Positions 36,100-44,417 of a stretch of DNA of 64,000 bases are shown piece after piece. The notes beneath the pieces are model-generated. The model was not told the origin of the DNA, ran no database searches, and saw only the letters and a program-made list of their open reading frames with translations. Source of the stretch: Oligoflexia bacterium (lineage in GTDB: Bacteria; Bdellovibrionota; UBA1018); assembly GCA_031292385.1 (NCBI GenBank), contig JARLHE010000040.1, forward strand, positions 34,471-98,470, in the 5' to 3' direction. Each line of letters opens with the position of its first letter. The stretch's first letter is position 1. The translations under genes were made by a program, and so were the position numbers.

Positions 36100-36749
36100 T
36101 CGCCCGACATAGGGTGGTCAAAGGACAAGCGCAGCGAGTGCAGGGCCGGGCGAGGAAAATTCGCGGCCCGACCGCCGTATTTCGTATCGCCAAGGAGTGG
36201 GAAGCCCTCGGCTGCCGCTTGAGCCCGGATTTGATGCGACCTCCCTGTTTCGAGCGAAAATTCCGCGAGCGTCAGCCGGATGCCGTTGAAGCTTGCATGC
36301 CCTTTGGGCGTTACCCGTAGCGCCGAAAGTTTGGCTACCGGAGTGCGTGCCGCGCGTTCTTTGGAGATCGCTCGGGTCGTGTTGGTGCGTTCGTCTTTGA
36401 GCAGAAAATGCTCCCATCGTTCCGGGGCGTTCAATTTTCCGCTCGGATCAACCAGCCAGGCCAGATAGACGCGGCTCAGGCTTCCCGACTGCAAGGCTTC
36501 GGTCAATCTTTGCGCCGATTTGCTTCGTTTTGCCAAAATCATGATGCCCGAAGTGTTCCGGTCCAGCCGGTGAATCAGGCCAATGTAATTTCGCCCGACA
36601 TGTCCTCTCGCCCAATCGACCAGATTAGGCTCCCCTGTATGCTCCCCCTGGCTTAAAAGGCCCGCTGGCTTGTCGATGACCATCAAATGCGTATCCTCAA
36701 ACAAGATCGTGGGCATCTGGGGAGAGGGTTTGCTAGAATCTGAACTCAT
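36039..36749 (-). CDS. RluA-family pseudouridine synthase (second copy)
   Basis: HRLDRNTSGIMILA catalytic motif. Confidence 0.75.
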   Translation of the reverse strand: MSSDSSKPSPQMPTILFEDTHLMVIDKPAGLLSQGEHTGEPNLVDWARGHVGRNYIGLIHRLDRNTSGIMILAKRSKSAQRLTEALQSGSLSRVYLAWLVDPSGKLNAPERWEHFLLKDERTNTTRAISKERAARTPVAKLSALRVTPKGHASFNGIRLTLAEFSLETGRSHQIRAQAAAEGFPLLGDTKYGGRAANFPRPALHSLRLSFDHPMSGDHLVFEAPLPEDMRSIQPFK

Positions 36750-39204
36750 GCGAAGCCTTTCTGCGATTCTTTGCGTTTTCGTCATTTTGGCTTACGCCAT
36801 CGCTCGCTGGTTTAGCAAGGGGCCGCTCCCCGATCTTTTGCTTCTGGCGGTCGGCTTGCCGTTGATGGTTCTTTTCGCGATCCGTATTGTTTCCCTTCGT
36901 ACCCAGTTTGTCGCCGCGATCATGCTGATCACGACGCTGACCGCGGGCATCATTTTCTGGAGCCTCAGTATTCTGGAAACCCGCGAGCAAGTGGCTCGCA
37001 TCGAGCATCAATCGGTGATTTTCTCCCGGTTCTCAAGCGAGCGTTTGGTCTCGAATTTCGTCAAGAATTTCGAGCATAACTATCTCGACCGGTTTTTGCC
37101 AAGCATCCGGGAGCTGACGGCGACCGATGAGAACCTGGTCTCCGTGCAGATTATCTCGGCCCGCTCCCGTAATGTTCTTTTTGACAGCGAGAAAGCCTTG
37201 GGAGGGAAATCGGCCGCGGTTTCGACTCCCGTGATCGACAAAGCCCATTTCTCCAAAGAGGCGGAAGAGGAGCTCTTGTCCCGCGATCTCGTCAGTCGAA
37301 AGCTGACTCGGGACGGCGAGCCGAGCTTTTCGGTCATCAGCACCTACCGGGCCGAAAACGGCGAAGCGGTTTTCCTGGTGAACTATCTTTTCAGTTACCG
37401 GTCTTTGCAGCGGAGCCTGCGCTTGATTCGCCACCAGATCCTGCTCGACTTGGTGCCGGCCACGATTTTGGGTTTTTTGATCGCCTTGGGTTTCGCCCAG
37501 ATCCTGATCGCGCCGATCCGGGCTCTCATGGCCGCTTTGGGCAAGGTCACCTCGGGCGATTACTCGGCGCAGGTCAGAATCAGGAACCAGGATGAGATCG
37601 GGGAGCTTGCCTCCGCGTTCAATCTCATGACCGAGGAGCTGAGGCGAAAGAAGGAACTGCGTAAATTCCTGTCGAATTCATCCTACCAGCGCATCATACG
37701 GGCGACGGAGCAGGGCGAAGGCCGGATCGGCGGCCGTCGGATGCAGGCCACGATCCTGTTTTCCGATATCCGTAACTTCGTCGCTCACTGCGAAGCGCTC
37801 GATGCCGAAGACGTCACCTCGATGCTCAACGATTATTTCACCGAGATGGTTGAAGTCATTCATCGCAATGGGGGAGAGGTCGATAAGTTCATCGGAGACG
37901 CTATTCTTGCCGTGTTTTACGAAGAAGCCGGAAACGGCGAGTCTTCGCTTCAGGCGATCTATTGCGCGCTCGGCATGAAGGCCCGGCTTTTGGAATTCAA
38001 TGCCCGGCGGGCGTCCCAGGGCAAGCCCACGCTTGAAATCGGAGTCGGCATCAGCCGCGGCGAGATCATCTCGGGCCCGATCGGCTCTGACGATCGGATG
38101 GATTTCACTGTCATCGGCGATGTCGTCAATCTCGCCAATCGCATCGAAAAGCTCTCTAAGCAAGGCAAGCACACCCGCGTTGTTTTTTCGGACGCGGTCG
38201 AGGCGGTCGTGCGCGGCTTGCTCGATTACGAGGAAATCGAAGTGGTCGGGGGGATTCGCGGCAAAAGCGAGGAGGTGCGGGTTTTCGAGCTCGTTCGAAT
38301 CAAGGATATCGATACGCTCAAAGCGCATCTCGAAGCGCCGGCGGATCAGAATCCGGAGCTTCGAGTCAGGAGCGTCGAGCTTTTGGGGCAATCCGGCCAT
38401 CGCGACGCGGTGAAGCTATTGGCGGAGGCTTTGTCCGATAAGAGTGAGGCCGTGCGGATTGCCGCCGCAGGCGCGATCGCCCGCGCTGCTCAGGCCCAAA
38501 GCGGCTCTCAAGAAGGGGACCAAACGGCGGATGCGGTGCGCGCTCTTTTTGCGCGCCTGAGAAACGAGACCGCGCTCAAGCCGATATCGGCTTTGATCAC
38601 CAGCATCGGGAAGCTTTGCCGCACGAACGAGATCCTGGCGCTCGAGCCTTTTTTGAAATTCAAGGACGAGCGTATCGTCGCCAACGCGGTCGAGGCTTTG
38701 GGCTGGTCCAAAGCGCCGCGGGCGGCGGATCTGATTTTGCCGCTGCTTTCGAGCAAGAATAACCGCATCAAGGCGAACGCCGCCATGGCGCTTTTTTCGG
38801 CCGGCCATGTCGAGGTGATCGACGCTTTGAAGCCGATGCTCATGCACTCGGACGCGCCCATGCGCTCGAGCGCCGCCTTCGCCATCGGCGAGCTGACGTT
38901 GATCGCTGATTTGGATTCGGTCGTGAGCGGGCTGAAGGACGACGCGGCCAAGATGCGTTTTTATCTCGCCGAGCTCCAGGACTGCGTGCCCATGCTCGTG
39001 TCGCTGCTGCGCGACCCGGATCCGATCGTTCGCAGGCAATCGGTCATCGCGCTCGGCAAGATCAAGGACAAGGCGGCCGTGTTGCCGATGATCGAGATGC
39101 TGGACGGCGGCTCGAAGGATTCTCTGGCGGTCGATATCCTGAACGCACTCCGCTCAATCGGCTCTCATCGCGTGATTCGCGATACTCTGGCTAGGCTGTC
39201 CTAG
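36748..39204 (+). CDS. membrane adenylate cyclase: TM - HAMP - class III cyclase domain - HEAT (PBS-lyase type) repeats
   Basis: HAMP (IAPIRALMAALGKVTSGDYSAQVRI...ELASAFNLM), an active CHD (ILFSDIRNF, KFIGDAILAVF, VNLANRIEKLSK), and C-terminal repeated AVRxxAAxALG HEAT units. The track start at 36670 overlaps the divergent gene, so MRSLSAILC at 36748 was used. Confidence 0.75.
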   Translation: MRSLSAILCVFVILAYAIARWFSKGPLPDLLLLAVGLPLMVLFAIRIVSLRTQFVAAIMLITTLTAGIIFWSLSILETREQVARIEHQSVIFSRFSSERLVSNFVKNFEHNYLDRFLPSIRELTATDENLVSVQIISARSRNVLFDSEKALGGKSAAVSTPVIDKAHFSKEAEEELLSRDLVSRKLTRDGEPSFSVISTYRAENGEAVFLVNYLFSYRSLQRSLRLIRHQILLDLVPATILGFLIALGFAQILIAPIRALMAALGKVTSGDYSAQVRIRNQDEIGELASAFNLMTEELRRKKELRKFLSNSSYQRIIRATEQGEGRIGGRRMQATILFSDIRNFVAHCEALDAEDVTSMLNDYFTEMVEVIHRNGGEVDKFIGDAILAVFYEEAGNGESSLQAIYCALGMKARLLEFNARRASQGKPTLEIGVGISRGEIISGPIGSDDRMDFTVIGDVVNLANRIEKLSKQGKHTRVVFSDAVEAVVRGLLDYEEIEVVGGIRGKSEEVRVFELVRIKDIDTLKAHLEAPADQNPELRVRSVELLGQSGHRDAVKLLAEALSDKSEAVRIAAAGAIARAAQAQSGSQEGDQTADAVRALFARLRNETALKPISALITSIGKLCRTNEILALEPFLKFKDERIVANAVEALGWSKAPRAADLILPLLSSKNNRIKANAAMALFSAGHVEVIDALKPMLMHSDAPMRSSAAFAIGELTLIADLDSVVSGLKDDAAKMRFYLAELQDCVPMLVSLLRDPDPIVRRQSVIALGKIKDKAAVLPMIEMLDGGSKDSLAVDILNALRSIGSHRVIRDTLARLS

Positions 39205-40088
39205 AGATAGAGACAGTTGGCGCGGCTTTCGTCGTTGTCGTTCAGCGACCGCCGCTGCTCTCCCTGCCCGTTCGAATAAAATCCAAAGACCGGGTACATG
39301 ACGGCCTCTTGATAATCCGAATTCGCGCCCGATCCGGTGCAAGTCGGGAAGCCCGGGGTGGTCGTGTCATTGCAGCTATGGTTCAGGCCCAGAACATGAC
39401 CCAGCTCATGAAGCAGGATGGTTTGCAGATCGGGATCATAGCCCCCGGACGTGAAAAAATACTGATAATTCACTTCGGTGATGGCCAAAGAAAAGGGCCT
39501 GAGCTGGGCTTGGATGGCGGAAGCCGTCGATCCGCTCGTGCTTGCCACCCGGGTCGAGACCGTGGCCGCCACTTGCGCGGACGCCGCGGTGGTTGCGCTC
39601 GCCTTGACCGAGCCCGAGCTTCCCGAGGTCCAGCAGTAGGAGGTGAGGGCGATGGCTTCCTGAGAATAGGCGGCAGGCCAGGTCGTGTCTTTGTAAATCA
39701 CGATGGGCTGCGAGTATTGGGTGCCGCTGATATCCGAGCTCGAGCAGAGAACCGAAGCGTTGGGCAAGCCGGCATTCGAGGTTTGGATCGTGCCGGATCC
39801 GGGATTGAGAATCTGAAGATTGGCTGAGGCTCCGAAGAATTCGTTCCAGGTCGCCACGGCCGCCGCGATCTGCGCGGCTTCCGAGCTCGAAAAATCGCCC
39901 TGATGGAGCGCAATGGGAATCGGGGTGGTTTGCCATCTTCCGCTCAAGGTCCCGGCTTGATCGCTGGGCAAGTCGCAAGTGGTGATGAGCGTGTTGCCGG
40001 TTTTTCCACCGCAACCGGCGCATAGGGATAGGAGAATTCCCAATACGAAGCGGAGTTGCGTGGCAGTGAATCGAGGGCTGTTCATCAT
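39201..40088 (-). CDS. metzincin (matrixin-like) zinc metalloprotease lipoprotein
   Basis: Lipobox LSLCAGCGG, HELGHVLGLNHS zinc site, and the Met-turn AVMYP. Confidence 0.65.
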   Translation of the reverse strand: MMNSPRFTATQLRFVLGILLSLCAGCGGKTGNTLITTCDLPSDQAGTLSGRWQTTPIPIALHQGDFSSSEAAQIAAAVATWNEFFGASANLQILNPGSGTIQTSNAGLPNASVLCSSSDISGTQYSQPIVIYKDTTWPAAYSQEAIALTSYCWTSGSSGSVKASATTAASAQVAATVSTRVASTSGSTASAIQAQLRPFSLAITEVNYQYFFTSGGYDPDLQTILLHELGHVLGLNHSCNDTTTPGFPTCTGSGANSDYQEAVMYPVFGFYSNGQGEQRRSLNDNDESRANCLYL

Positions 40089-40241
40089 CTCGCTCTTTCC
40101 AAATCTCTTTTCGGATAACTTTTCGGAAATATTGAAAAAACTGATGAAATACCTTCCATGGGTCTGCTTTAAATAGTGTACCAAATTGATCGTGAATTTT
40201 GCAACTTTCTGATTTCTGAGGGGTTCTGGTACTCTTGAATC

Positions 40242-41030
40242 ATGACCGGAAAAAACAGAGAGCTAAAGACCGTACTCATTACAGGTGGTGGAAGCGGAAT
40301 CGGTTTCGAGTCCGCGAAGTTGTTGCGCGAAACCGGGCTTTATCGGGTGGTTTTGCTGGGCAAGGAGCGAGGCAAGCTCGAGGAAGCCGCCGAACAGCTG
40401 GGCGGCATCTCGGATGCGGTCGGGTTTTACGTCTGCGACCTTCGGGAGACTTCGCAGATCCGCCCCACGGTCGAAAAAATCGCCGTCAATCATCAGGGGA
40501 TTTACGCATTAGTCAATAATGCCGGTGTATATCCTTTCGGCGGGGTGGCGACCACTACGGAGCAATCCTGGGACGAGACGTTCGCGGTCAATCTGAAGGC
40601 GCCGTTTTTGCTGATTCAAGCCGTCGTTGCGGCGATGAAAAAAGATCCCCGCACCGCCAAGCACGGCGGGCGCATCGTGAACGTGTCTTCCACGGCCGGA
40701 ATCTTGCCCAATCATTTCACGCTCGCCTATTCCGTTTCCAAGGCGGCCTTGAATCACCTGACCCGGACTTTGGCGAAAGAGCTCGGTCCGGACAATATCA
40801 CGGTGAACTGCATCTGCCCGGGGATCGTTCGAACCGGCATGCACGAAGCCCATCATCGCAACACCACTGAGCTCGAGGAATTTTACACCAAGCGCGGCAG
40901 CGCGTTTCCGCTCGGGCGCGTGGGCGAGCCCCGGGATATCGCGGGCGCGATCCGCTTTTTCATCAGTGAAGAGGCATCCTGGGTGACCGGCGACGTTTTC
41001 GTCGCCGATGGCGGCAGGCTTCTGCTTTAA
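40242..41030 (+). CDS. SDR-family oxidoreductase
   Basis: TGGGSGIGFE, NNAG and YSVSKAA (YxxxK). Confidence 0.85.
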   Translation: MTGKNRELKTVLITGGGSGIGFESAKLLRETGLYRVVLLGKERGKLEEAAEQLGGISDAVGFYVCDLRETSQIRPTVEKIAVNHQGIYALVNNAGVYPFGGVATTTEQSWDETFAVNLKAPFLLIQAVVAAMKKDPRTAKHGGRIVNVSSTAGILPNHFTLAYSVSKAALNHLTRTLAKELGPDNITVNCICPGIVRTGMHEAHHRNTTELEEFYTKRGSAFPLGRVGEPRDIAGAIRFFISEEASWVTGDVFVADGGRLLL

Positions 41031-41107
41031 TAGGCAGCTTTTTCTTCGTGTTCGGAATCCGGACTGCTTCGAGCGCCAGAAGCTGCTCGAAGTACTTCTA
41101 TAAAAAA

Positions 41108-41935
41108 ATGACAGATGACGCCCTTCTTGCGCGGACAAAGGATCTGGTTCGTGAAGAAACTCGCGTGACAACTGAAATTCCGCATCATCTTCGGGAAATC
41201 GAGTCGAGAAAGTTGTTTTGTGCGTTGGGCTTCTCATCGCCGTTTGAGTATGCGGTGAAAGAGCTCGGATACAGTGAAAGCGCGGCGCTGCTTCGCATTG
41301 ATTCGATGCGTCTTTTGAAGGAGTTGCCTCATGTGGAAGCTCAGATTCAAAGCTTGGAGGGTAAGTCTTCGCGCGAGTCGGATCGCGCGCTTCTGGCCTT
41401 AAGTCCTGAACCAGAAAAGCATCGGCCCGAGTCCGTGCGGCCAGTGAGCTCCGAGCTTTCGGAAGTTCGTTTCCTCGCGAGCGATGAGCTGTTAAAGGAT
41501 TTGGAGAAATTAAAAGGCCTTCTTGCGCACAAGTATCCTGATATGAACTTTTCCGATTTGATCAGCTATCTTTCTAAAGCCGCGCTGAAAGACCTCGACC
41601 CGGCTCAAAGGCAAGTCCGAGACAAATGTTCACCTATTGCGTCCGAGGTAAAACCAGCTACTCGTCCAGATGGGGTACGCCAGGCGATTCCGGCTGAAGT
41701 TCAACGGCAGGTTTGGCAGCGTGACGGCTCGCGCTGCACGTTTATTCACCCTGAAACGGGACGTCGATGCGAATCGCGTTTCAGGCTCCAGATTGACCAC
41801 ATCATCCCGGTCAAACTCAAAGGCAGTAATGATCTGAGCAATTTGCGAATTCTGTGCAGAGAGCATAACGCCTGGGAGGCGGCACGGGTCTATGGCATTT
41901 CAAAGATTCGGCCATTTTGGGTAAAACGCAGTTAA
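41108..41935 (+). CDS. HNH endonuclease domain protein with uncharacterised N-terminal domain
   Basis: C-terminal C...C...QIDHIIPV...NLRILCREHN is the HNH motif. Confidence 0.6.
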   Translation: MTDDALLARTKDLVREETRVTTEIPHHLREIESRKLFCALGFSSPFEYAVKELGYSESAALLRIDSMRLLKELPHVEAQIQSLEGKSSRESDRALLALSPEPEKHRPESVRPVSSELSEVRFLASDELLKDLEKLKGLLAHKYPDMNFSDLISYLSKAALKDLDPAQRQVRDKCSPIASEVKPATRPDGVRQAIPAEVQRQVWQRDGSRCTFIHPETGRRCESRFRLQIDHIIPVKLKGSNDLSNLRILCREHNAWEAARVYGISKIRPFWVKRS

Positions 41936-43881
41936 TCGAACCGTATGCTTCCCATTTGATCGGTTCGAAAGAGCGGTATCCGGCGGCGCTGAAGGCGCGC
42001 GAGCACTTCCGGGGCGGGATGGCCGAAGGGATTTCCGATTCCGTCGGAGACGACGGCGCGAGCGGGGCGCAATAAATCGAGAACTTCATCCGAGCTCGAA
42101 GTTTTTGAGCCGTGATGACTGAGCTTGAGCGTGAGCGCGGGATGTTCGCCCATTTGCGCGAGCGCCCGGCGGGACAACGCAAGTTCATCTTTTCCTTCCG
42201 CGTCGCCCATCGATAAAAACCAGTGGCCCTTTTCCAGCGGGACCAGAAGGGCTCCCATATGCGCGTTTTTGCCGTTCTGTTCGGCCGGAGGCGCAAGCGT
42301 CAGTACGGGGGCGGGGACGCAGCCGCTGCCCCATGGCGCAAGGGACACGCTTTCGGCGGCGAGGTATTCGCGCAGGCGGATGCCTCGCGGGGAGTCGATT
42401 TCTTCGCGGCTGGTTTCGATGCAGCCGACGGGGAGGGTTTTGACGAGCGTGCGGGCACCGCCCGCGTGGTCCTCATCCAAATGGGTCAGCGCGATCCAAT
42501 CGATGCGGCGTATGCCGCGCTCGGCAAGCAGTGTGACCCAGTCGGCGGCGCGGAGCGACTTCTCCGAGCCGGTGTCGATCAGTCCCGTGCTTGCGCCGGT
42601 TTTGACCAGCGCCGCGTCTCCTTGCCCTACGTCGAGTTGCTCGACCTCGGGCCCGGGCGAATCAGCGGGTCGGGCGGCTCGAGCCATCAAGGCAGCCGAT
42701 GCCAGTATCAGCATCCAGGTCGCTGGCTTGGTTTTCGGATAAATGAAGCGAAGCAGGGCGACGCCCAGGGAAAGCCACGCGCCGATCCAAAATGATTGCC
42801 GGGAAACGACCCAGAGCGCAGGAAGGTTCAGGTTGATGCGCTCGAGGGTAGTTACGAGTAAATCGGCTCCCCGGATCGGGCGGGAGAGGAGGAACAAAAG
42901 CGTTTTAAAAAATGAGATCGGAAGCATCGAGCCCAGAGCGAGAATCGGGTAGAGAATGCCCACGAAAGCGGGCGCGATCAAAAGGCCGAGCAGCGGCGAG
43001 AGCGCCGTGACCAAGCCGAAGCGAAAGCATTGCCAAAGGGCCACGAACGACCAGGCTCCGACCGCTTTCGAAAGCCATCCTTCCTTGATCAGGCGCGCGC
43101 CCGTGATCGCCAACCCAAGGACGATCGTACCTCCTGGCGCGATGTATGCGGCGATCAAAAGGACGATCGAGAGCGGTACCCCGTTTCTCCATTTAAGACC
43201 CTGGGCTTTGGTGAAAAGGCGGCTTGAAAGCAGCAGCAACGGGCCGAATTGAGTGAGCCGCGCCCCGGCCATGAGCCATACCCAGATCCACGCCGCTATT
43301 GAAAGAACGCGCGCAACGAGTATTCCCGATTCGACTCCCGCGACCGGAGCGAGCAAGGCGCGACAGAGCCAGGTAATGGCTCGGGCCAGGAAAAAGAGAT
43401 GGATTCCGCTGATGGATAAAAGATGGAGGAATCCAGCAAGGTGAAGCAGTTGAGGTTCGTTGAGATTGGGCAAGTTCGGTGGGCTTTCCGAAAGAAGAAG
43501 CGTGCGAAGCAGCCCGGTCGGGTCGTGCGGGGCAAGGGCGTGGGAAAGTGAATCCCGCTTTTGCTCGAGCATTCTTATCCATGCCGACGGGGAAGGGAGG
43601 GTGCTCACGCGGAGAACTTCGATAGCGCGCTTCCTTGCGATCGGCTCTCTTTGAGGAAAGTTCTCCAGCGGCGAGAAGGCCTTCCATTGTCCCGACAGGG
43701 CGGTCGTCGACTGGTCCGGGCGTTTCAGCCATTTCTGCCAAACTTCCTCGCTCAAGCAGATCCGCGTGGCGGGGCTCGGAGTATAGGTCGCGCGGCAGAG
43801 ACCGGTGCCAAGATGAGCGAGGCCTCCGAAGAATAAGATGGCTAACCAATTCATCGATTTGAGCGAGCAGGCAGATTTCAT
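41932..43881 (-). CDS. comEC: ComEC/Rec2 DNA internalisation channel with C-terminal metallo-beta-lactamase domain
   Basis: Competence-domain TM core (LHLLSISGIHLFFLA) and MBL motifs (THLDEDHAGG). Its 4-nt end overlaps the HNH gene. Confidence 0.8.
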   Translation of the reverse strand: MKSACSLKSMNWLAILFFGGLAHLGTGLCRATYTPSPATRICLSEEVWQKWLKRPDQSTTALSGQWKAFSPLENFPQREPIARKRAIEVLRVSTLPSPSAWIRMLEQKRDSLSHALAPHDPTGLLRTLLLSESPPNLPNLNEPQLLHLAGFLHLLSISGIHLFFLARAITWLCRALLAPVAGVESGILVARVLSIAAWIWVWLMAGARLTQFGPLLLLSSRLFTKAQGLKWRNGVPLSIVLLIAAYIAPGGTIVLGLAITGARLIKEGWLSKAVGAWSFVALWQCFRFGLVTALSPLLGLLIAPAFVGILYPILALGSMLPISFFKTLLFLLSRPIRGADLLVTTLERINLNLPALWVVSRQSFWIGAWLSLGVALLRFIYPKTKPATWMLILASAALMARAARPADSPGPEVEQLDVGQGDAALVKTGASTGLIDTGSEKSLRAADWVTLLAERGIRRIDWIALTHLDEDHAGGARTLVKTLPVGCIETSREEIDSPRGIRLREYLAAESVSLAPWGSGCVPAPVLTLAPPAEQNGKNAHMGALLVPLEKGHWFLSMGDAEGKDELALSRRALAQMGEHPALTLKLSHHGSKTSSSDEVLDLLRPARAVVSDGIGNPFGHPAPEVLARLQRRRIPLFRTDQMGSIRFD

Positions 43882-43915
43882 GCCGAAAACCTAAAAAATT
43901 TGGCAAAATGAGAGC

Positions 43916-44353
43916 ATGGATGAGAATCGCGGGAACGGCTTTTATCTGGCGCAAATCGCCCTGGGCGCGATTTTTCTTGGGGCGATGCTTTGGTTGCGAA
44001 ACCGCGAAAAGCCGTCTGGATTTCGGACCGAAGAAGGACGCTCTCCTGAGCCTCGGGCGCGACGAGGGGCCCAGGATCCGCTTGCCCAAGCCCGACTCAA
44101 GAAAAAGGAGCCCCTTCTCGCTTTGCCAGGCGTAGTGCTGGAGGGCAAGGCTCATGAGATTCTGGGGATCCGCGAGGACGCGACCGAGCTCGAGATTCGG
44201 CGCGCCTGGAAAGAGCTCATGAAGCGCCATCACCCGGATAAATCGGCAAGCGCCAAGGACCCCTCGGCAACCGAATGGAAAGATGCGCAAAAGATTTCGG
44301 AAGCCTTGAACCGGGCTAAAGACGAAATGCTCGCGCGGCGCAAAGGGCGTTGA
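43916..44353 (+). CDS. small membrane J-domain protein
   Basis: N-terminal TM, then a J domain with HPD (ILGIREDATELEIRRAWKELMKRHHPDK). Confidence 0.6.
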   Translation: MDENRGNGFYLAQIALGAIFLGAMLWLRNREKPSGFRTEEGRSPEPRARRGAQDPLAQARLKKKEPLLALPGVVLEGKAHEILGIREDATELEIRRAWKELMKRHHPDKSASAKDPSATEWKDAQKISEALNRAKDEMLARRKGR

Positions 44354-44417
44354 CGGCGTCATAAATTTAACGCCGAAAAACAACTGAACGAATCCGGTCT
44401 TATGACGATAGGTATTT

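Noticed and set aside
37678-39039. Minus-strand ORFs of 240 aa (37678-38400) and 207 aa (38416-39039) within the HAMP-cyclase-HEAT gene
   Set aside because: They are antisense to a gene with clear CHD motifs and have no independent evidence.
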